Source: an uncultured delta proteobacterium (GTDB taxonomy: Bacteria > Desulfobacterota > DSM-4660 > Desulfatiglandales > Desulfatiglandaceae). Taken from it: 64,000 nucleotides of DNA. Below the pieces are notes generated by a model. That model made no database searches and was not told the DNA's origin. It saw only the letters and a list, made by a program, of their open reading frames with translations. Positions 44,928 through 55,415 of this stretch are shown here, one piece after another. The stretch lies in assembly GCA_963699845.1 (NCBI GenBank), contig CAVOVO010000028.1, positions 39,791 to 103,790 on the forward strand. Reading direction: 5' to 3'. Position 1 is the stretch's first letter; each line of letters starts with the position of its first letter. The translations under genes and the position numbers were made by a program.

Positions 44928-45539
44928 ATGAAAAGGCTGTTTCTGGTGACGGTGCTCCTGGTTTGGTGCGCCGGCCCACTGTATGCGGAAACCGGCGAGC
45001 CCCGGCAGGTTATCGAGGCCCAGGTGAACAAGCTCCTCAGTGTTTTGAACGACAAAGCGCTGACGGATCAGGCCGCGAAGGAAAAAAGGATCTGGGAGAT
45101 CGTGAACGGAATTTTCGACTTCGATGAGCTTTCGCGCCGGACCATGGGTCGGAACTGGAAGAAATTGAATGCGGCGCAGCAGAAGGAATTTCCTGAGCTC
45201 TTCAGCAAGGTGCTCGGCAATGTATATATGGACCGGATCATGGCCTACGGGGGTGAAAAGGTGGTCTTCGATGACAATGTGATGGTCACCGACGGCAAGG
45301 CCGAGATCAAGAGTCGGGTTCTCGCATCCGGCAAGGAGATCCCCATCGATTATCGCATGATTGACATAGAGGGGAAGTGGAGGGTCTATGATGTGGTGAT
45401 CGAGGGGGTGAGCCTCGTGAGCAACTATCGGAGCCAGTTCAACTCGATTCTGACGAACAAGTCTCCGGAGAATCTGATGGATACCTTGCGGAAGAAGGCC
45501 GGCGAGGCGGAGAAATCACGAACGGGGGACAAAGCGTGA
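44928..45539 (+). CDS. mlaC: MlaC/Ttg2D-family periplasmic lipid-binding protein
   Basis: Signal peptide, then FDFDELSRRTMGRNWKKLNAAQQKEF..LFSKVLGNVYMDRI..WRVYDVVIEGVSLVSNYRSQF. Confidence 0.85.
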   Translation: MKRLFLVTVLLVWCAGPLYAETGEPRQVIEAQVNKLLSVLNDKALTDQAAKEKRIWEIVNGIFDFDELSRRTMGRNWKKLNAAQQKEFPELFSKVLGNVYMDRIMAYGGEKVVFDDNVMVTDGKAEIKSRVLASGKEIPIDYRMIDIEGKWRVYDVVIEGVSLVSNYRSQFNSILTNKSPENLMDTLRKKAGEAEKSRTGDKA

Positions 45540-46342
45540 AGACACGATCCATGCCGGCCGCTCTTGTGCTGGTCGTGTGCTGTTTGATGCTGGTGAACAC
45601 GGCGCCTTCTTTTGGCGCCGCACCGGTTTTGTTTGGGCACAGCAGTGAGTCGTCCGCTGAATTTGGAGCCAATGTCCTGGCCAAGGCGGAGGCAGAGGCA
45701 GAGCCGGAAGAGGATGAATACGAGGAGGAGGTTGCAGGGGTTCCGGATCCTCTGGAGCCGTTCAACCGTCTCACCTACAAATTCAACGATGACTTCTATT
45801 TTTACATTCTCAAACCCATCGCGACGAGATACAGGGACATCGTTGCGGAGCCCCTCCGCATTTCCATCAAGAATTTTTTTACGAACCTCCTCATGCCCAT
45901 CCGTGCCGTCAATTGCCTGCTCCAGGGCAAGCTTGACGGTTTCGGGACCGAGTTGGCGAGATTTTGTCTGAACACTACCATGGGCGTCCTGGGTTTTGGC
46001 GATCCCGCGAAGCAGGAATTCGGTATTGAGATGCGGAAAGAAAATTTCGACCAGACGCTGGGGTTTTACGGCCTGGGCCCGGGCATTTACATTCATTGGC
46101 CCATTTTTGGTCCCTCAAGCATCCGTGGCACCGCGGGGATGGTGGGGGACTATTTTCTCGATCCCGTATACTGGTTTGTGGAGCCAACCCTTCAAAGAGT
46201 AGCCATACGGGCCGAGGACAAGGTGAATGCGGCTTCCCTCTCGATCGGGGATTACGAGGCCCTCAAAAAGGCGTCCTTTGATCCCTACATCGCCATCCGT
46301 GATGCCTATTTCGAGAACATGAAAAAGAGGATTTCTGAATAG
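45536..46342 (+). CDS. mlaA: MlaA/VacJ-family lipoprotein
   Basis: DPLEPFNRLTYKFNDDFYFYILKPIATRYRDIV..NFFTNLLMPIRAVNCLLQGK..NTTMGVLGFGDPA. GTG start overlapping the mlaC stop. Confidence 0.85.
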   Translation: MKTRSMPAALVLVVCCLMLVNTAPSFGAAPVLFGHSSESSAEFGANVLAKAEAEAEPEEDEYEEEVAGVPDPLEPFNRLTYKFNDDFYFYILKPIATRYRDIVAEPLRISIKNFFTNLLMPIRAVNCLLQGKLDGFGTELARFCLNTTMGVLGFGDPAKQEFGIEMRKENFDQTLGFYGLGPGIYIHWPIFGPSSIRGTAGMVGDYFLDPVYWFVEPTLQRVAIRAEDKVNAASLSIGDYEALKKASFDPYIAIRDAYFENMKKRISE

Positions 46343-46363
46343 AGGAACAACGAAGGAGGGATT

Positions 46364-47185
46364 ATGAAAAAGGCGTGGCCGCTGATTCTTGGCCTTTTTG
46401 TGTTGCTTTCGGCGTGTACCCACATGCAGCAAGGGTCCCCGGGCGGTACCGGTGGGCCCGTCCTTGATCGGATCGCCAATCGAGGCGAGCTTCTGGTCGG
46501 GACGAGTGGAAACATGCCTCCGCTAAATGCTACCACCAAAGACGGACAGATTATTGGTCTCGAACCCGACCTGGCCCAGCTCATTGCTGAAGCCATGGGC
46601 GTCAAGCTCAAAATGGTTTCGATGCCTTTCTCCGAGCTCCTCGCGGCGGTTCAGGATGGACGGGTGGACATGGCCATGTCGCAGATCACCATCACGGGCG
46701 AACGGAATATGAAAGTGGCATTTGTGGGGCCTTACTTCATTTCCGGCAAGTCATTCTTGACCAAGGCTGAAACCATCGCCGGAGCCAAAGATGCCTCCGA
46801 GGTGAACCAGCCGGACAGGACTATCGTGGCGCTGGAGGGTTCGACGAGCGAACGCTTCGTGAGGGAGCTGATTCCCAGGGCCAAGCTCACACTCACCAAG
46901 AACTATGACGAAGCCGTTGACCTGGTCATCAAGGACAAGGCGGATGCCATGGTGGCCGATTACCCGATCTGCATCCTTTCGGTCCTCCGCCACCCAAACG
47001 ATGGCTTGGCCTCCCTGATTACCCCTCTCACCTATGAGCCCATCGGGATTGCCGTTCCGGCTCAAGACCCTCTGCTCGTGAATTGGCTGGACAACTTTCT
47101 GACCACTTTCGAAGACAGCGGTGCCCTGGATGCGGTCAAGGGGAAGTGGCTCGAAGATGGCTCCTGGGTGAAAAGACTGAAATGA
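46364..47185 (+). CDS. family-3 (polar amino acid type) ABC substrate-binding lipoprotein
   Basis: Lipobox LLSAC. GELLVGTSGNMPPLN..GLEPDLAQLIAEAMGVKLKMV..VDMAMSQITIT..RNMKVAFVGPYF. Confidence 0.85.
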   Translation: MKKAWPLILGLFVLLSACTHMQQGSPGGTGGPVLDRIANRGELLVGTSGNMPPLNATTKDGQIIGLEPDLAQLIAEAMGVKLKMVSMPFSELLAAVQDGRVDMAMSQITITGERNMKVAFVGPYFISGKSFLTKAETIAGAKDASEVNQPDRTIVALEGSTSERFVRELIPRAKLTLTKNYDEAVDLVIKDKADAMVADYPICILSVLRHPNDGLASLITPLTYEPIGIAVPAQDPLLVNWLDNFLTTFEDSGALDAVKGKWLEDGSWVKRLK

Positions 47186-47291
47186 CCGCAAGGGGCGTCC
47201 CCGGAACCCATTCATTTCACCGTGCGGGGACTCCCCGGGAGCCCCCCACTCGGCTTACAGCCGGTTGCCCCCCGCTTTTTGTGCGCAGTCT

Positions 47292-47897
47292 GTGGCGCTA
47301 TCGAAGGGGGACGGTCTGGCGGCTCTTTTCGTGATGCTGGTCTTTTCGAAGCACTCGGATGCGCATTCCGCCATTCAGCCGGTCGCTGTCCTTCAGGAAA
47401 AAATCGGCAAAGTCCTCCTGATTTTGAAGGATCCCCATTACAAACAACCAGCCATGCGGTCTGCCCAGAAGGCCAGGCTTGCTGAGATCGCAGACCGGTT
47501 GTTTGATTTCAAAGAGTTTTCCAAATTGACATTGGGACCTTTCTGGCCTCGATTCACCCCGGCTGAACGGTTGGAATTCGTGGATGTTTTCGAGGCCTTT
47601 CTCAAAGACACCTACATCGGGATCGCACAGGATCTTTACAGAGACGAGCGTGTTGTCTTCCTGGACCAACGAAGGGGAGGTCAGGGTAAAGTCGACGTAA
47701 ACGCCAGGGTCGTCTGGAGGGGCTTGCAGGTACCGATTGAATTTAGAATGGTGCAGCGGGATGGCACATGGAAAGTCTATGACATGCTCGTCCTCGGCAT
47801 CAGCGGCGTCATGATTTATCGGTCCCAGTTCAAGGCCTTTCTCGATAGCGGAACCCCTAAAGGTTTAATCAACAGGATCAAAGAGATGAACGGTTGA
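47292..47897 (+). CDS. second MlaC/Ttg2D-family protein (start uncertain; TTG at 47265 is the track start)
   Basis: FDFKEFSKLTLGPFWPRFTPAERLEFVDVFEAFLKDTYI..WKVYDMLVLGISGVMIYRSQF parallels the first MlaC. Confidence 0.75.
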   Translation: MALSKGDGLAALFVMLVFSKHSDAHSAIQPVAVLQEKIGKVLLILKDPHYKQPAMRSAQKARLAEIADRLFDFKEFSKLTLGPFWPRFTPAERLEFVDVFEAFLKDTYIGIAQDLYRDERVVFLDQRRGGQGKVDVNARVVWRGLQVPIEFRMVQRDGTWKVYDMLVLGISGVMIYRSQFKAFLDSGTPKGLINRIKEMNG

Positions 47898-48088
47898 TCA
47901 AGCCACTGTCCGGTTTGCTTGAAACGGGGCTACTTCGGGCTTACAACATACAGAGCGATTTAGAAAATGCGAGGGCTTTGAGTCAAACAGGGAATGAGTC
48001 ATGAAGCACCTGGAGAATGGCCGTTTTTTCCTGAAAAATTCCCTATGCGTGCAGGATTCATTCCCCCCATTTCACAAGGAGGGCTTTC

Positions 48089-48790
48089 ATGAAATCGTTA
48101 TCGAAGCGTGTAGTTTTGTTAAGTGCCTTGGGATTGATTCTCTGCATGGGTCCTCTGGCACTCGCAGAGGAAATGTCGGATGTTGAAGCACGGGGCCTGG
48201 TGGACAAATCGCGCATCACGGTGGAGAGCTTTCTCGCTGACAAGGACATGGCATGGTTTCAGGATCACATGAAGGATGCCAAAGGGCTGCTGATAGTTCC
48301 TGAGTTGCTGAAAGGCGGTTTTATCCTTGGCGGATCCGGTGGCAGCGCCGTGTTAGTGGTGCGGGATGAAAAGACAGGGAAATGGAGCGAACCTGTCTTT
48401 TACACTATGGGTTCGGTAACCTTCGGACTTCAAATCGGCGGAGAGAAGGCCGAGGTGATCATGCTTGTGAACACCGTAAAGGGTATCGAGTCGCTCTATT
48501 CGACTTCCGTAAAACTGGGGGTAGGTTCCTCCATTGCGGCGGGACCCGTTGGCGGCGGTGCGGGAGCAAAGGCGAATTTGAATGCTGATTTTCTGTCCTT
48601 TGCCAGGACCAAGGGCGCTTACGTGGGACTTTCGCTGGAAGGCAGTGTTATCAGCATCCGAGACAGCTGGAACAAGGCCTACTATGGTAAAGAGGTGAGG
48701 CCGGTGGACATCCTGGTGACCAAAAAGGTCAGCAACAAGCACTCAGAAGCGCTGCAATCGGTCTTAGACAAGTTCACAAAGAAAGAATAA
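48089..48790 (+). CDS. secreted SYLF (Ysc84/DUF500) lipid-binding-domain protein
   Basis: Signal peptide, then LIVPELLKGGFILGGSGGSAVLVVRDEKTGKWSEPVFYTMGSVTFGLQIGGE..GAYVGLSLEGSVI. Confidence 0.8.
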   Translation: MKSLSKRVVLLSALGLILCMGPLALAEEMSDVEARGLVDKSRITVESFLADKDMAWFQDHMKDAKGLLIVPELLKGGFILGGSGGSAVLVVRDEKTGKWSEPVFYTMGSVTFGLQIGGEKAEVIMLVNTVKGIESLYSTSVKLGVGSSIAAGPVGGGAGAKANLNADFLSFARTKGAYVGLSLEGSVISIRDSWNKAYYGKEVRPVDILVTKKVSNKHSEALQSVLDKFTKKE

Positions 48791-48824
48791 GGGCCCCGTG
48801 ATATGGGTTAGACAGGATCATTGC

Positions 48825-50489
48825 ATGCCAAGTGCTTGGAAAAACTTGCCGTTCATCCAAGGGGTCAGATGGTCCAGGCGTTCTTTCCTGAAGGCATCGG
48901 CCATCTCAGCGGCTGCAATGGCGTTGGGATGGCCCGAAAAAGCGGTGACGGGGCAAAAGGGCCCGTTCACAGGCGGCTCGGGTCCGGCGGTGGTCATTGG
49001 CGCCGGTCTGGGCGGACTTTGCTGCGGCGCGTATCTGGCCCGGATGGGGTTCATGGTTACAGTGCTGGAGAGACGGGAGGTGCCGGGAGGCTACGCATGC
49101 ACCTTTGAAAGGGCAGGCGGGAGGTTTGTCTTCGATGTCTCCCTTCATGGAACCGCGCTCCGAAACAACTCCGCGGCAAGGATTCTCGGGGAGTTGGACG
49201 TTCTCGATCTCCTCGACCTGGTGGAGCTGCGAGAAATATATCGTATAATAACGCCTCAACTGACCCTTTCCATACCCGAGAGAGATCCGGAAAAATATAT
49301 CCAGCTGCTGACAACGCATTTCCCTTCAGAGGCAAAAGGGATACGCACCTTTGTCCAGGAGGTCCTCGATATCTCAGAGGAGGCGGGCAAGGTCCAGAAA
49401 AGTGGCATGGGGCCCAATATTTTTTTCCCCTTCAGATACCCGAAGCTCTACCGGGTGTTGGACCAAACGCTGGCGGAGTTTATGGGGGAACACGTGAAGG
49501 ACCCTTCACTGCAAATCGTCCTTGGCTCTTTGTGGGACTTCCATGGGCTTCCGCCGTCAAAGGTGTCGGCCCTTTATTATGCCGCCGCCACGGGCGATTC
49601 CCTCAGAAATGGCACCTACTACATCAAGCGGCGCTCCGCTGATTTGAGTCGGGTCTTGATAGAGGCGATCCAGGCGGCCGGCGGTCGGGTGCGCTACAAC
49701 GCACCCGTTGAATCCATCCTGGTGAAGCGTGAAAAGGCAGCAGGCGTGGTCCTTAAGGACGGCGAAATCATTCCTGCACCCGTTGTGGTGAGCAACGTGA
49801 ACGTGGCAGACACCTTCAAACGGATGCTGCCGCCAGGCTCTGTCGTTGATCCCTTTCTGGAAGCGCTTAAAGCCTTCCGGCCCAGTCTTTCCACCTTTAT
49901 CGTGTGGCTCGGACTCAACCGCGACATTCGTTCCAAACTTGGCGCCTGCGGCGTTCAGGTGATGACGGGTCAGGGGCCAGAGGCGGATTACCGCTCCTGT
50001 CTTGAAGGGGATATCGAAAAGATCCCCTTCAGGATCAGTATCTTTGACAACATGTATGACGGCTATTCCGCCCCCGGTACCGGTACATTGAGGATATTTT
50101 GTCTTTCAGGCTACGAACCTTGGCGAGGGTTAGAATCGGCATACAGTGAAGGGCGAAAAGAAGCCTACAATCAGAAGAAGACGGAGTGGGCCCAAACGCT
50201 CATTCGGCGCGCCGAGGGCGTGATCCCGGGGCTTTCTTCCATGATCGAAATCCAGGAGGCGGCAACGCCCTTGACCAACCGGCGCTACACTCGAAACACC
50301 GAGGGTGCCATCTACGGCTTTGAGCAGGTGGTGAAGAATGCCTACTTGGAGCGAATCGAAAACCGGACGCCGTTGAAAGGGCTTTACATCACCGGGGCCT
50401 GGAGCAGCCCCGGCGGCGGTTTTTCAGGCGTGCTGGTTTCGGGCCAAATGGCCGCACGAGCTGTGATCGAAGACATCAACACCCTTTGA
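48825..50489 (+). CDS. Tat-exported FAD/NAD(P)-dependent oxidoreductase of the phytoene-desaturase (CrtI/CrtD-like) family
   Basis: Twin-arginine signal SRRSFLKASAISAAAMALG. Dinucleotide fold VVIGAGLGGLCCGAYLARMGFMVTVLERREVPGGY. Confidence 0.8.
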   Translation: MPSAWKNLPFIQGVRWSRRSFLKASAISAAAMALGWPEKAVTGQKGPFTGGSGPAVVIGAGLGGLCCGAYLARMGFMVTVLERREVPGGYACTFERAGGRFVFDVSLHGTALRNNSAARILGELDVLDLLDLVELREIYRIITPQLTLSIPERDPEKYIQLLTTHFPSEAKGIRTFVQEVLDISEEAGKVQKSGMGPNIFFPFRYPKLYRVLDQTLAEFMGEHVKDPSLQIVLGSLWDFHGLPPSKVSALYYAAATGDSLRNGTYYIKRRSADLSRVLIEAIQAAGGRVRYNAPVESILVKREKAAGVVLKDGEIIPAPVVVSNVNVADTFKRMLPPGSVVDPFLEALKAFRPSLSTFIVWLGLNRDIRSKLGACGVQVMTGQGPEADYRSCLEGDIEKIPFRISIFDNMYDGYSAPGTGTLRIFCLSGYEPWRGLESAYSEGRKEAYNQKKTEWAQTLIRRAEGVIPGLSSMIEIQEAATPLTNRRYTRNTEGAIYGFEQVVKNAYLERIENRTPLKGLYITGAWSSPGGGFSGVLVSGQMAARAVIEDINTL

Positions 50490-50495
50490 GCTCGT

Positions 50496-52388
<1,893 letters not shown>

Positions 52389-52540
52389 CTATACACATGA
52401 ATAACCTGGATCAAGATTTGTAGAAAGAGCGCGTGTCGATATCATCCATTGTCATGGGTGGTGGTCATAAGTTGTGTCGCAAGTTTTTCTCTTTCCTCAG
52501 CTTTCACCATGGCCCTGCAGCCAGCCCCGTCCCTTTTCGG

Positions 52541-52834
52541 TCAGGCGGCATTTTTGCAAGCGGCTGTTGGGCTTGCCGGGGATGGTGTATTGGCGCTTTT
52601 CATGCGCGGGCAGTCCCTGCTCCTCGGCTTCGCGGAACAGCCAGAAGAGCACTTTGTCTTGCCCCGGTACTCTTCCTTGACCTCCATTTCGCCGTTTTCA
52701 TCCACATGGAGGAGACTTTCAGCGCAGTCCCGGCAAACAGGCGCATGCTGCTGGTCGCCCTCATCAAAATAAGGGACCCACCCCACCTCTATCGAATCGA
52801 TCAAGATTCCGCAGATAATGCAACGCCGGAGCAT
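52541..52834 (-). CDS. small CxxC..CxxC (zinc-ribbon-like) hypothetical protein; the 3' part may be frame-shifted
   Basis: MLRRCIICG..VCRDCAES, with AGGAGG just upstream. After EEYRG a different frame reads more protein-like (QDKVLFWLFREAEEQGLPAHEKRQYTIPGKPNSRLQKCRLTEKGRGWLQGHGES). Confidence 0.3.
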   Translation of the reverse strand: MLRRCIICGILIDSIEVGWVPYFDEGDQQHAPVCRDCAESLLHVDENGEMEVKEEYRGKTKCSSGCSAKPRSRDCPRMKSANTPSPASPTAACKNAA

Positions 52835-53142
52835 ATCCTCCTGTCACGTCAGGGAAATCCTTAGCAAAAGTGGGTAAAAAATCAAGGCAAAATCGCCGAC
52901 CTTGCATTTCGGGGGGCTCGGTTGGTTTCGGGTTCCTTACTTGCGAAACGACCAAAATGCGGAAGATACACAGGTCCACCAAAGGAGAAAGAAGAGAAAG
53001 GAGGGGCCCTTTGTGCCACAGAGGGGCCTCAGGGGTCTTTTCGGGTGGCTTTGACTGGTTACAAGTCTACTTGCCTGCCAGGGTTTTGGGGATATCCATT
53101 TGATCTAGCAGGTATTCTGGGTACCAATTTAGCTGGTTCTTT

Positions 53143-53311
53143 ATAGCAGTTGTGTTGCGAGTTTTATTCGTTAATAATATCCAATGGTTATAGACCATTT
53201 TATTTAATTCGTTTTATTCGATAATGATATCAATATTTTATACGTAGCATAGCCGATCCGGAATCGTAGTAAAAATCAGTCGTTTAGATGGACTCGCAAC
53301 ATAATAGCAGT
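53143..53311. mobile_element. MITE-like non-autonomous element: 153 bp (53151-53303) with 12-bp terminal inverted repeats, flanked by an 8-bp direct duplication
   Basis: ATAGCAGT (53143-53150) | TGTGTTGCGAGT ... ACTCGCAACATA (53292-53303; 11/12 complementary) | ATAGCAGT (53304-53311). The AT-rich interior has two 21-bp direct repeats, GTTTTATTCG(T/A)TAAT(A/G)ATATC, at 53161 and 53211. Confidence 0.5.
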
Positions 53312-54283
53312 AATCGCAGGCTTCAAGATTGGGAATAGTCGGTCAGATGGAACAGGCGCCAGTGCACGAAGCCGGGAAAAGATATAGATGTCAATTAGCG
53401 CTCCTGCCTGTCCGAGATAGAAAAAAGGAACGATTTTGGGCGCGTCACCTTTTTTCTTTCGTTTGAAATTCGCTTTCAGGGCGAAACTTCATGGTGCCGC
53501 TGTCAAACGGAAGTTCCAGATAGAGATTGCCATCTCGGACAAAGAACGAAATGACTCGTTGAAGATCCCTCATGAAAGGACCGTCCAGTGAATCCTGTGG
53601 GCAAGCCATACGCGTAAACAGCAGCTGTCCAAATTAGTCGAAGATTGGAATTTTCACCAGTGAAGGCAGCACCGGGGTGACCGTAAACCGGATGTTCCAC
53701 TCCTGGCCGAAATCATCCGGATGGATAACGGCGTATTGCCCTTCCAAGATTAATTTGATGGGCAGGCCGCCGATTTTGAAAAGCTTTCCCACGCCGAGAC
53801 CTACGGGCAGCGTCAGCTTGTTGCCGTCATCGGCTTTCCAGTCAACCAGGATGTTCGGTGCTGTGCCAATCTGCCACTGGCCCGGCAAAAGCCTCCAGAT
53901 GAAATACTGGATATTCGTCTGGCTGGTCGACTTGCGGTCGCTGTTTCCTGCAACAGACCACCAGTGCTGCGGGAACGCCCCGAAGATCCATTCCTTTCCC
54001 AAGTGAAGACCCACCGCCCCGGCACCGGCCTGCCACTTTTCCTGCCCCAGTTCGTCCTTTGAGGCGGTGGGAAAAATGAATGACGGCCCTAACCCCCATA
54101 AGAAACTGCCCGCGGTTTTTGCGGGAGACAACAGGGAGACCAACCCAATGTCGCCCAGACCGTCGACTTCATCGAATCCATCGGTTTTCAAGACGGGGCG
54201 GTCTGCGAAGATCGGAAAAACCGGACGGTTGATCAGGTTCCATTCTCGGGTCAAGGGCAGAGGCAAAACGGGCTGAAAGTTTA

Positions 54284-54970
54284 GTATTTCATAGAAACCC
54301 ACGCCCTTGGGGCGTGGTGGAGTAGGACTGGCTAGGCCGGTCCCGTATGGTCTTGGCCGAAGGGCCGCCCACTGTTATCCTTCCCTGGAGTTGTGCCACA
54401 ACTTCGACAGGAAGGAGAGAACAGTGAGCAGATTCAAAAAGTTATCACACAGCATATGGCATTGTCAGTATCATTTGACCTGGGTGCCGAAATACCGGTT
54501 TCGGATATTGACAGGATCTGTGAAGGAGTCGGTTGAAGAGGGGGTTCATGCGATATGTGGGTACATGGGTTGCGAAATCACGGAGATGAACGTCCAAAGT
54601 GACCATGTGCATATGGTCGTGATGATTCCCCCGAAGCTAGCGGTATCTGACGTGATGGGAAGGTTGAAAGGGCAGTCAGCCATGAAGCTGTTCCGGCAGT
54701 TCCGTCAGATGAGGAAGAAGCCATATTGGGGCAACCATTTCTGGTCAAAAGGTTATTGTGTGGATACGGTTGGATTGGACCCGGAGATGATCCGGAAATA
54801 CGTAGTATATCAAGAGAAGAGAGAAAGACTAGCTGAGCAACTGAACCTGGATCTATAAGGCGAAGGGCGGTGGCACAACTCAGGAGGCCGGCCCCCTTTG
54901 GGGGCAAGGCCTTGGCCCCCCTATGGGGGGCCTGAAGCAAATCCGCGTCCTTCGGGCGCGGATTCTTTTA
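54284..54970 (+). mobile_element. IS200/IS605-family insertion sequence (tnpA only, ~687 bp); boundaries ambiguous by up to 4 nt (TTTA at both junctions)
   Basis: Related subterminal hairpins CCACGCCCTTGGGGCGTGG (54299-54317) and AATCCGCGTCCTTCGGGCGCGGATT (54940-54964). Extra hairpins GCCCCCTTTGGGGGC (54891-54905) and GGCCCCCCTATGGGGGGCC (54914-54932). Carries a Y1 transposase. Confidence 0.8.
54424..54858 (+). CDS. tnpA: IS200/IS605-family Y1 (HUH) transposase TnpA
   Basis: SHSIWHCQYHLTWVPKYRF, HUH motif SDHVHMVVMIPPK, C-terminal HFWSKGYCVDTVG. GTG 54424 after GGAAGGAGAG. Confidence 0.9.
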   Translation: MSRFKKLSHSIWHCQYHLTWVPKYRFRILTGSVKESVEEGVHAICGYMGCEITEMNVQSDHVHMVVMIPPKLAVSDVMGRLKGQSAMKLFRQFRQMRKKPYWGNHFWSKGYCVDTVGLDPEMIRKYVVYQEKRERLAEQLNLDL

Positions 54971-55415
54971 AATTATAAAACCACTTGTCGTCACCTTCCT
55001 TCCATCCCGGCATGTCCTGGGAACCGCTTTTCAACTGCGTGTAGTTGTTCTGGAACACCATGCTCCAGACACTCGAGACGGGGTTGTTGAGCTGCCTGTT
55101 CAGCTCCTCGGCCGACAGGGCACCCTTTGCCTCCCCGGAAGGACTTGCAGACTGCTGGTCTTCAGCCGATAAGGCCTCGCCTTTCATTAGAAAAGGAATG
55201 AAAACCAGCCCTAGAAAAATGAAAACGGTAAAGAATTTTGGAAATCGGGCTTTCATGCGTTCCTCCTGTTTAGGCGAAGATAACGGACGAAGTACTGAAT
55301 GCTGGGCAGGCTGATAGATTCTCCGTCCCCTGAAATCGACCAATACTGGTGAATCAGGGTGCCGAAAACCTACCCCTTATTCATATAGAGCCCCACCGCG
55401 AAGGGGTGCCGGAGG

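Larger units (their letters stand above)
53634..55256 (-). pseudogene. outer-membrane beta-barrel protein (MetA-pathway/phenol-degradation-like transporter family) split by the IS200/IS605 element
   Basis: The N-terminal piece (55256 to ~54971) has a signal peptide MKARFPKFFTVFIFLGLVFIPF.. and ends ..DDKWFYNL. The C-terminal piece (54283 to 53634) starts NFQPVLPLPLTREWNLINRPVFPI. Deleting 54284-54970 gives one continuous 936-nt frame. Confidence 0.75.
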
